From positions 1 through 64,000 of the IMG/VR virus record IMGVR_UViG_3300037504_000888: 64,000 bases of DNA; one strand, 5' to 3'. Below, one piece after another: positions 53,042-60,558 of this stretch. Source of the DNA: a virus. A program made the translations under genes and the position numbers. Every line of letters begins with the position of its first letter. The stretch's first letter is position 1. Below the pieces are notes generated by a model. That model searched no databases. It saw only the letters and a program-made list of their open reading frames with translations, and had not been told where the DNA came from.

Positions 53042-53437
53042 GTGGCACAGAATACGTGGCTGAAGAAAACGGTCTTTCGGGGCTCTGGCGGTAGCAGCGT
53101 TACCGTGAACATCACGATGGATGTAAGCGAGATCACGGCAACGGACGCCACGATCGCCGTGACGCTCCGGCTCTGTGCCATGGTGACGGGCACAAGCTCG
53201 AATACGCAGATGAAGGAGATTCGAGCGATGTTCGTGAAGGACTCAAACTCGGGCTCATTACGTGCAGCCGCAGGCCCGACAGAGATACTCGACATCGGTC
53301 AAACGAGTGGCTTCATTGGCACGATGACCGCAGACGCTCCCGACTCGAACACCATTCGCATCCAAGTACCTACGGGCCCCACAGCTGGAATCCTTTTGCG
53401 CGGCGTGATGACCGCGCATGTTGACCACGTGACCTAA
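53042..53437 (+). CDS. Hypothetical beta-rich protein
   Basis: AAGGAG RBS. Confidence 0.65.
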   Translation: MAQNTWLKKTVFRGSGGSSVTVNITMDVSEITATDATIAVTLRLCAMVTGTSSNTQMKEIRAMFVKDSNSGSLRAAAGPTEILDIGQTSGFIGTMTADAPDSNTIRIQVPTGPTAGILLRGVMTAHVDHVT

Positions 53438-54201
53438 TGATCTGGCTCATTGTTCCTTTCAGCCGTCCTGCGTTCGCCGCCAATGTGGTGGCAAACTATC
53501 GGCGACAGAGCATCTACGCGCGGCTCGTATGGGTGCACAACGGACCAGCGAGAGGTGAAGCGCTGGAGACCCCAGGCGAGCACCTAGAGAGCGAAAGCGG
53601 GCTCGCAGAGCCTATGAATGCGGGTCTGGCTTACGTACGAAAGAAGGGCGCGCCGACAGACTGGTTTTGCAAGTGGGACGATGATGACTACTACGGACCC
53701 GACTACGTACGAACGGTGATCGATGGCATCGAGCGCGGGGCTGATATTGTAGGACGGTCTGCTGCGTGGGTACGGACTGAAACCGAGAGGTTGTGGTTCA
53801 TCGAAGGCTTGCAGAACCAATGGAGCAACGATCTGGGGTTTCACGGGCCGACGCTTGCGAGCGCGATCGACTGCCCGAACTTTCCGCTCGTAGATGAGTG
53901 GGGCGAAGACTTCGCATGGCTCAACGAGATGGCAGCTGCGGGTCGGTCTAAGCGCTGGCACTCCAGCGCACATGACTTCTGCTGGATGCGACGAGGACCG
54001 GAACATGGGCACGCCTTTCCCTTCAGCGCGCCTACACTCGCGGGCATGCAAGCGTTCAACGTGTATGACTGCGGACCGTTCCTATTGGAGACCACGCGCA
54101 CAACATCGCCGCGTTTCAAACACATTGTGCGAAAGCCAGAGGACGGCGAGCAAGTCGAACGCATGTTCGACGAGATGCACCTAGCGAGGAGCCAGCGATG
54201 A
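53437..54201 (+). CDS. GT-A fold (family 2-like) glycosyltransferase
   Basis: LIVPFSRP, NAGL, CKWDDDDYYGPDY, GED. Confidence 0.82.
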   Translation: MIWLIVPFSRPAFAANVVANYRRQSIYARLVWVHNGPARGEALETPGEHLESESGLAEPMNAGLAYVRKKGAPTDWFCKWDDDDYYGPDYVRTVIDGIERGADIVGRSAAWVRTETERLWFIEGLQNQWSNDLGFHGPTLASAIDCPNFPLVDEWGEDFAWLNEMAAAGRSKRWHSSAHDFCWMRRGPEHGHAFPFSAPTLAGMQAFNVYDCGPFLLETTRTTSPRFKHIVRKPEDGEQVERMFDEMHLARSQR

Positions 54202-55007
54202 GGCGTCACGTTTCAATAGGGCCGGCTGTGCCCATGCGATGGCTCAGCGTGAAGGTTACGAACCATTGTCCGCATGAATGTTCTTACTGCGTCAGCGGCT
54301 CGAACGCAGAGCACCCTCGATGGGGTGTCGAGTTCGTTGAAGAAGAAGTGCTCACACAAGCCGCACAGGTCGATGCGGTAGAGATCACGGGAGGCGAGCC
54401 GCTGCGCGAAGCGTTGCTGGCTGAGTTGCTGTACAAGCTACACCGGGACCACGCTGTGCGAATCAACCTGCTCACCGCTGGGAGCCGCAACCGGCACGAT
54501 CGTCGCGCCCTCCAGGAATTGCGGGTTGGAGACCACGTGCACTTCACGCACCACATTAGCGAGCGTGATAACGAGCAAGAGATTCGTGCATGCCTTTACG
54601 ACCTTCCTTCTGGCGTAGACGCCACGGTGAAGGTTTTGGGGCTCGATGAAGAGTCAGTGCGTGGCGCCATGCAACGATGGACTGACGTCCGCGTGATGCC
54701 AGCGCTGGTCGGGCAGTACCCACGTCCGCTCAACCTTCCGTGGCCTGACGACTATCCGCGGTGGCTCAGCCTACGAGTTCGCTTCGATGATGGTAGCGAA
54801 GAGGTCGTGCCCCCAGCTCGTGCCATCCACGACGGCTTTACGCGTGTGAACGGTTGGAAGTGCTCGGCTGGTACAGTCATCAATGAGTGGGGGATGCGGA
54901 TGAGCACGTGGTGCAACTCTCGACAACTTGGCCGCTGTCAGGCTCGCTTTTGCGACTGCGGCTCCGACCTTCTCTTGGGGGTAAAGGTTTCGGGTTTGGC
55001 AAGCTAG
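54198..55007 (+). CDS. Radical SAM protein with Cys-rich C-terminus
   Basis: CPHECSYC, ITGGEP, GWKCSAG..C..C..CDC. Confidence 0.88.
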   Translation: MRRHVSIGPAVPMRWLSVKVTNHCPHECSYCVSGSNAEHPRWGVEFVEEEVLTQAAQVDAVEITGGEPLREALLAELLYKLHRDHAVRINLLTAGSRNRHDRRALQELRVGDHVHFTHHISERDNEQEIRACLYDLPSGVDATVKVLGLDEESVRGAMQRWTDVRVMPALVGQYPRPLNLPWPDDYPRWLSLRVRFDDGSEEVVPPARAIHDGFTRVNGWKCSAGTVINEWGMRMSTWCNSRQLGRCQARFCDCGSDLLLGVKVSGLAS

Positions 55008-55035
55008 TAGTTCGACCTACATACTTGGAGCTAAG

Positions 55036-55067
55036 AAAAAAGAGGGGCGGGCCCTAGAGGCCCGCCC
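55036..55067 (-). terminator. Rho-independent terminator of the replication operon
   Basis: GGGCGGGCC/GGCCCGCCC stem followed by CTCTTTTTT on the minus strand. Confidence 0.8.
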
Positions 55068-55230
55068 ATTCGTGCGTCTCGAGTTGCCGTCGCGGGGTTG
55101 TACGGCCGAAGACGTCGAGGCCGAGGCGTCGAACGAGGTCTTGCAGCTCCCCGTCCGACGCGCTCAAGTCTACCTCGGCGACGTCGTCAGCCCGGGGCAG
55201 GACGCACCCGGGCCAGACGGTCGTCTTCAG
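55054..55230 (-). CDS. Unannotated 58-codon frame (CTG start or -1 frameshift extension)
   Basis: LKTTVWPG...ELQDLVRRLGLDV...; typical codon usage; overlaps the upstream stop as CTGA. Confidence 0.5.
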   Translation of the reverse strand: MKTTVWPGCVLPRADDVAEVDLSASDGELQDLVRRLGLDVFGRTTPRRQLETHEWAGL

Positions 55231-56012
55231 CCCTGTTGTCCCCCCAAGGACTGCAGGAACTGCTCGAGCTCGCCCCCGTTGAGAGCCGACGCGAGCTCGG
55301 TGGTGAGGTCTCCGCGTTGACGGTGCATCGCAGCTTCGACGAACGTCACGAGTAGGAGCAGCGTGGTGCCGGTAATCTGATTGCTGACAGCAGCCTGGTT
55401 CTTGAGTTCGGTGAGTGCTGCTACGAGCTGGCCCTGCGACTGCGTGAGGGCCTGGATGCTCTGAGAGATCTTCTGCTGGTTGCTGATGATGGTGGCCAGC
55501 GGGTCAGGGTCGTTGGAGAACGTCGGCTGCCGGACGTCAGCTGCCGGGGCAGGAGGAGTGGCAGCCGGGGCGGCAGGAGCAGCAGGAGGGGCGGCAGGGG
55601 CGGCAGGAGCGGCCGGGGCGGCCTGTTGGGGAATCCCGACTGCTCCGGGCATGGAGATGGCAGGAGCGGCCGCCGGGGCGGCAGGAGCTGATGGACCCGG
55701 CATGGACATCTGCTGTGAGGGCATCTGTGGGGCTCCGCTTGGCATGGCCGGCTGCTGTGGGGCCGGCTGCTGTGGGGCTGATGCTGCCTGGGCCGGAGCA
55801 ACACCCTGACCGGCATCCTTGGCCTGGAGCACGGCGAGCAGGCGCTCTGCTTGCTGATCGGGAGGAGCGCTCGAATAGGCGATCTTGTCGTTATGATCGG
55901 CGAAGGCGTTCTCCTGGTTCATGATCCTGAAGCGGAGGCTCGGGCGGAGCTGTTCTTGGATGTAGTTGAGGTCCCGGGGGATGGTGTCGGCGTTGATGGT
56001 TCCTACGCTCAT
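55227..56012 (-). CDS. Pro/Ala/Gln-rich protein with C-terminal coiled coil
   Basis: ATGA-coupled start MSVGTI; low-complexity linker. Confidence 0.7.
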   Translation of the reverse strand: MSVGTINADTIPRDLNYIQEQLRPSLRFRIMNQENAFADHNDKIAYSSAPPDQQAERLLAVLQAKDAGQGVAPAQAASAPQQPAPQQPAMPSGAPQMPSQQMSMPGPSAPAAPAAAPAISMPGAVGIPQQAAPAAPAAPAAPPAAPAAPAATPPAPAADVRQPTFSNDPDPLATIISNQQKISQSIQALTQSQGQLVAALTELKNQAAVSNQITGTTLLLLVTFVEAAMHRQRGDLTTELASALNGGELEQFLQSLGGQQG

Positions 56013-56419
56013 GATCTTTTCCTCAGTTGCTTGATGAGTTGGGTATTTTGGGGGGCCTGGTTCGACACGCAGGCAATCACCTGCATGTCGGTGCAACCAA
56101 AGCACGGCCTCGGGTTCGCCTTGGTTGGGTCTGGGTGCTTCATATCCTTGGCGGGACACTTCAACTGTGGGCGGAGGGTCCGCCAGTACTGCTCGATGAA
56201 GGCGATGAGTCCCTCGCGCAGCTCGTCGATGGGGTGCTCGACGTCACTGAAGTCTTCTGGCAACCAGTCTCTTAGCGCGTCGATGAGACGGGTTCGCTCC
56301 CAGGCGGGATGAACGTTGAGCCCAGCGTGACGGCAGAGCTGATAGAGCTCGGTGTGATTCAGTCGGTCGAAGAGGTCATAGTCGATGCTGGTTGTAGATG
56401 AAGACGTCAACGGGTCCAT
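56009..56419 (-). CDS. Hypothetical protein (HeH-like helix pair, Cys motif)
   Basis: LNHTELYQLC..GL; CPA..CFGC..C. Confidence 0.7.
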   Translation of the reverse strand: MDPLTSSSTTSIDYDLFDRLNHTELYQLCRHAGLNVHPAWERTRLIDALRDWLPEDFSDVEHPIDELREGLIAFIEQYWRTLRPQLKCPAKDMKHPDPTKANPRPCFGCTDMQVIACVSNQAPQNTQLIKQLRKRS

Positions 56420-56870
56420 CCTCCTGTTCCGCGTTCCAGGCCCAAAGCTCGAAGTACGCCTCCCCGCCTGGGGGTGCCTGTACCTTCATCGAAGTGACAC
56501 AGACGTGTTGTGAATCGTCATGCCCGCAAGCGTCGACCAACGCATCTTCTAGAACCTTGAGGTAGTTGGATGCGTCAAGTTTCTTATGCCGTGTCTTTGC
56601 CTTTTTTGGCCACCCGCGGTTGTAGAGCTCTTGGAAGTAGAGCACAACGATAATCGAGTATTCTCCGGACGGGCTGGAGAAGAACTTCAGCACCTCCGGG
56701 TGGTTTCGCGCGAGCCATGTCTTGAACTCGCGTTTGTACTTCTTGCCGGTGTTGTTGAGCACCCGCAGAATCACGGGCTTGCCCTTGGGGTTGTTCTTCG
56801 GCCTTGCCAGCTTGCTGAAGTAGGCGTTGTTCATCGACGGTGGGAAGAACGGGCACTTGATGTGGATCAC
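56376..56870 (-). CDS. rusA: RusA-family Holliday junction resolvase
   Basis: PPSMNNAY; LDASNYLKVLEDAL..DDSQ. Confidence 0.85.
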   Translation of the reverse strand: MIHIKCPFFPPSMNNAYFSKLARPKNNPKGKPVILRVLNNTGKKYKREFKTWLARNHPEVLKFFSSPSGEYSIIVVLYFQELYNRGWPKKAKTRHKKLDASNYLKVLEDALVDACGHDDSQHVCVTSMKVQAPPGGEAYFELWAWNAEQEDGPVDVFIYNQHRL

Positions 56871-57499
56871 TGACTGAATCTCCGGGGCCCAGAACGGTGC
56901 TGTCGCCCATGGATGTCCACATCCTGTCCCCGTATGGTGACGCGTCGACTCAGTAGGGCGCTGGTGCGCTCGATGCTGGATAGGAAGCCTTCTAGAACCT
57001 TCTTCTGCGAGGTGATCTCTGCGATGCGTTGTTCGATCTGCCGGGGGTACGGCTGGCGTTCAGCGGCCTCTTTGAGCTCGGTCTCGCTAGGTACGTCGGA
57101 TTTCTTGGAGGCGTGAAGCTTTGCGTCATCGCGCAGTGCGGTTTTGAACTCCCGAACGATGTCCTTGTACTCCCGGTGGCGAACCTCTAGCTCGGCTTCG
57201 ACAAAGCCAAGAAGCCTCTTGCAGAGGTCGAACCAGTGGTTGACCTCAGCCATCAGACGCTCGAATTCCTCCCCTTCTAGATCCACGAACTGGTCGGGGG
57301 TGAGCGTCGGATAGGGGCAGACCGGAGGGGAGATATTCTCGTTGAACCCCTTCAGAGCCAGCTCTTGTATGGCTTTGGAGTAGGTATCTTCCCACTCCGC
57401 GGTGATTGCGTCTTGCTGGTCATCGGGGACGTAGCCGTTGACGTTGACGTTGAGGGTCACTTGGTCAGCCTCCTTGGTGGTGACGTCTTCTTTCTCCAC
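56867..57499 (-). CDS. Helical hypothetical protein
   Basis: Coiled-coil; lies in the recombination operon. Confidence 0.7.
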   Translation of the reverse strand: MEKEDVTTKEADQVTLNVNVNGYVPDDQQDAITAEWEDTYSKAIQELALKGFNENISPPVCPYPTLTPDQFVDLEGEEFERLMAEVNHWFDLCKRLLGFVEAELEVRHREYKDIVREFKTALRDDAKLHASKKSDVPSETELKEAAERQPYPRQIEQRIAEITSQKKVLEGFLSSIERTSALLSRRVTIRGQDVDIHGRQHRSGPRRFSQ

Positions 57500-58314
57500 G
57501 TCGTGTGCAGCTTGAGGATGGTGGGGCGGCAGGTTTCACTGAAGGCACACCACTTGCAGGGCATCCCCTCCTCGCGGTCGGGGAGTGTGCCAGCTTGGAG
57601 GTGCTGATGGGCGAGCTGGCTGCGACCCTCAAGCGTGTTCCACTCGTTGCGGTTGAACGGCACGACCCACGGTGCCGTGGGGGGTGTCCAGTTGCTGTTC
57701 GACTTGTTGTAGTAGAGAAACCACATCAGCGGTACGTCGAGGGCTTTCTGATACAGGGTGGCCTGCTGTAGGTGGTGGTCCTTGGGTCCTGTCAGCTTCT
57801 CGAACTCATCGGCGGACGTCGTCTTGATCTCCCAGCCGAGGCGTAGGTAGGGCTGACCCACTGTGTCGCAAAAGGTGAACACACCGTCGCAAGATGAGGA
57901 GTAGTCGTACTGGGCGGATACGCCGCCCAGGTTTTTGTCGATCCTCACCTCGTCCTCGAGCGACACCTGGCCGAGTGTTGTTGCGCAGACCTCCTCGAAC
58001 TCAGTCTGCAGAAGCGCGTGCAGCATGGTGCCGACGTCGAAGCGGTTCTGCATGTTCACGTCGGGGTTGGCTGCCTGGCGCGGCTCACCTCGCAGCGCAT
58101 AGACGGCCTGCCTCACGCAGGTGTTCAACTCGGAGGCATGAAGCCCAGGCGAGCGATTACTGTTGTCTCCGAAGTGCACCGCAACAGTGCGTCCGCCGAC
58201 GTCCCGTTTCTTCCAGTCTTCGTAGGCTGGGCCGAGCCAAGCAACCTGCTCGAGCAAGCTCTTCCAGTTGTTGTGTGGGTCGTACAGGTCGTCAATCGTC
58301 AGTAGCCTTGGCAT
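57457..58314 (-). CDS. Cas4-like PD-(D/E)xK exonuclease with Fe-S Cys motif
   Basis: ASELNTC, GTMLH, DG..EIKT, QATLY, CKWC..C. Confidence 0.85.
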   Translation of the reverse strand: MPRLLTIDDLYDPHNNWKSLLEQVAWLGPAYEDWKKRDVGGRTVAVHFGDNSNRSPGLHASELNTCVRQAVYALRGEPRQAANPDVNMQNRFDVGTMLHALLQTEFEEVCATTLGQVSLEDEVRIDKNLGGVSAQYDYSSSCDGVFTFCDTVGQPYLRLGWEIKTTSADEFEKLTGPKDHHLQQATLYQKALDVPLMWFLYYNKSNSNWTPPTAPWVVPFNRNEWNTLEGRSQLAHQHLQAGTLPDREEGMPCKWCAFSETCRPTILKLHTTWRKKTSPPRRLTK

Positions 58315-58810
58315 GCTTCTCCCATTCGCTGCGCGGCACGAGCACCCACGAGTCCTCGGTCCGTAGGGTCTGTGGGTCTTTGAAGTCGACTACGAAGACA
58401 GGGATTTCACCCAGTGCGCACTCCGACCGAATCTTGTCGAGCTCGGTGCGCCGCACTGAGTAGCTTTTCTTCATCGTGTACTTCGCCTCAATACGGTACT
58501 TGCCGGCGACACGAACGTCGCCCTCGTAACCGGTTTGGTTCCCACTTCCGTAATGCCGCCGGCCGCCTGTGGTTTGCGCCAGCTTCTCTTCCTGCTTCAC
58601 AGAGGCCCTCTTCATCTTCTTCTTCGAGTGCTTGGGCCGGCTCTCCTTGGGTGGGTGGAGGATGACGGGTATGTGATGCGTCGCGTGCTCACAAGGTAGG
58701 AGCGCCTGGTCGACGAGGAAGTCACCGCGGTAGCCGTCATCAGTCGTGAGTTCGACGATGATGGCCCCTGCGGTGGTGCGGGTGAGAAGGGCGCCTATCG
58801 ATACAAACAC
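58292..58810 (-). CDS. Hjc-like PD-(D/E)xK endonuclease/resolvase
   Basis: QEEKLA..GSG..GDV..IEAK. Confidence 0.75.
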   Translation of the reverse strand: MFVSIGALLTRTTAGAIIVELTTDDGYRGDFLVDQALLPCEHATHHIPVILHPPKESRPKHSKKKMKRASVKQEEKLAQTTGGRRHYGSGNQTGYEGDVRVAGKYRIEAKYTMKKSYSVRRTELDKIRSECALGEIPVFVVDFKDPQTLRTEDSWVLVPRSEWEKHAKATDD

Positions 58811-60084
58811 TTGATTCCCGCCGCCGCCATGATGTGGCGACGGAAGTCTAGCTCGAAGTCGAAGTCCACCTGGAGGCATTCTTTGAAAGCCTCCTCGGTA
58901 GGTGCGTACATCCCGTCTAGGGGCTCGCGGGTGACGCCGTTCAGCAACTGCATGCCCTTGTTCGTATGCAGGAGCAGCCCCTGGCGCTTGGCGAAGAGGA
59001 TGAGGTCGCCGTGGACGTCGACGTTGCCGGGGAAGAACTCCGAGTAGTAGAAGTTGAACTCGCCCTTGATGTGGTCGTGGGTGCCAGCCTTGCCCTTAAT
59101 GGTCTCAAAGCCGGTCTTCTTGCCCACGGTGTAGTCGCGCCCTTGAATCTGGCGCTTGATCTGCGCCCCCGGCCACATGGCGAGGTCGATGAGCTTGAAG
59201 TGCTCAGTGGCCTTGCCGCCGGTGACCTTCCACTCCTTGCCGTACTGGCTGTCATTGGCCCGCACCTGTTGGGTGAAGAGCAGGCTGGTGGTATTCCTGC
59301 CCTTGTTCACGTAGGGGACGTACTTGGGCCAGAACTTCGTCATCATCAGAGCTCGAGCGGCCCGAGCAGCATCCTCGTCCATCTCCTTGTCAGCGTCGCG
59401 CTGAGGCTCAAGGGATGAGATGGAGTCCACGCCGATGATGTTGAAGACGTTGGACTTCACACACTCCAGCACGGTCTGCAGAACCTGCTCGCCGGTGCCA
59501 CCCTCGATGACATGCAGCGTGCCGATTTGATGCTTGAGGCCCGCGATGCGCTCGTTGTCCCACATGGGCAGCCCGAGCTCCATGTCTCGCTGAATCCACT
59601 GGCGGATGACGTTGTCAGGCACCTCTACGCGCATACCGGCCTGCAGCATCTGATCGTAGGGCATCTGCGTCTCCGAGATGTGCAGCGCACCCATGAACGA
59701 GTTGCCGTAGATTTGCTGCTGCATCGCCATGGTACGGAAGAGCAGCCAGGTCTTCCCAGCATTGTAGACGCCGGAGATCATGCAGGCTCCGCCAGCGGGG
59801 AAGCCCCCACCGAGAGCGACGTCGAGCTCCACGATGCCGGTGGGGCGTCGAAGGGTGTAGACGGTCTCCATCTGACGGGCGGGGATGAGCTTGCCTTCGA
59901 GCTTGTTCATCACCGTGTTGAGGGCTCGGGTGCGCTCAGCGTCAGTATTGGAGGGGAGCGCCGGGTCTTTGGTGACCGCCAGGGCCGGACCCGCAGCAGC
60001 CCTGGATACGGGGGCGGGTCCGGCTTTCTTCTCGGTCTTTTTGGCGGGCGCCTTCTTCTTTACGGCTTTCTTCCTCGTGGCCAT
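58795..60084 (-). CDS. recA: RecA/UvsX-like recombinase
   Basis: PTGIVELDVALGGGFP, GVYNAGKT, VDSISSL, GGKA. Confidence 0.9.
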   Translation of the reverse strand: MATRKKAVKKKAPAKKTEKKAGPAPVSRAAAGPALAVTKDPALPSNTDAERTRALNTVMNKLEGKLIPARQMETVYTLRRPTGIVELDVALGGGFPAGGACMISGVYNAGKTWLLFRTMAMQQQIYGNSFMGALHISETQMPYDQMLQAGMRVEVPDNVIRQWIQRDMELGLPMWDNERIAGLKHQIGTLHVIEGGTGEQVLQTVLECVKSNVFNIIGVDSISSLEPQRDADKEMDEDAARAARALMMTKFWPKYVPYVNKGRNTTSLLFTQQVRANDSQYGKEWKVTGGKATEHFKLIDLAMWPGAQIKRQIQGRDYTVGKKTGFETIKGKAGTHDHIKGEFNFYYSEFFPGNVDVHGDLILFAKRQGLLLHTNKGMQLLNGVTREPLDGMYAPTEEAFKECLQVDFDFELDFRRHIMAAAGIKCLYR

Positions 60085-60242
60085 GGGTCTCCTTGATGTT
60101 CGAACGGCTCCGTCCCGTGAACGGGGCACTTCACGACGCTGCCTAGCTTCTCCAGCTCACGGCCGCATTGCGGGCAGCCTTGGGCAGCCTTCTTCTCGAG
60201 GGCGGACTGATCAACGCTTTCATCGACTCCTAGCTTTTCCAT
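60060..60242 (-). CDS. Small Zn-ribbon protein
   Basis: CPQCG..CPVHG. Confidence 0.6.
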   Translation of the reverse strand: MEKLGVDESVDQSALEKKAAQGCPQCGRELEKLGSVVKCPVHGTEPFEHQGDPWPRGRKP

Positions 60243-60558
60243 TCTTCTTGAGCTCCTTCTTGAGTAGGGGGGACATGGAGAAGGATACCGCAAAGTAGGC
60301 GTCGACGTAGCGTTTGTACTTCACGTCGGGGTTGTGTTTGCTCGCCAGCTCGAACATCTTCTTGCGCTTGACCTTGGTGACAGTGACTTGTCCCAGCCGA
60401 GGAAGAGCGACGGTGCCCTCCTCGACCAAGGTTTCGCGAGCAGCCTCGATGAACAACTTGGTGATGAGCGATACGCTCTTTCGGTCCATGCCAAGCTGTG
60501 CGGCGACGCGACTGTCTAGAACGAGCTTGGTTCTTTGGCTGTGGTTCTGGTCTCTCAC
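60220..60558 (-). CDS. HU/IHF-like DNA-binding protein
   Basis: LVEEGTVALPRLG..VSFSMSPLLKKEL; HU fold pattern. Confidence 0.75.
   Translation of the reverse strand: MRDQNHSQRTKLVLDSRVAAQLGMDRKSVSLITKLFIEAARETLVEEGTVALPRLGQVTVTKVKRKKMFELASKHNPDVKYKRYVDAYFAVSFSMSPLLKKELKKNGKARSR

Noticed and set aside
40090-53437. Many consecutive late genes in the same frame, suggesting readthrough polyproteins
   Set aside because: Stops are mixed (TAA, TGA, TAG), most genes have their own RBS or promoter, and non-overlapping neighbours are expected to be biased towards the same frame
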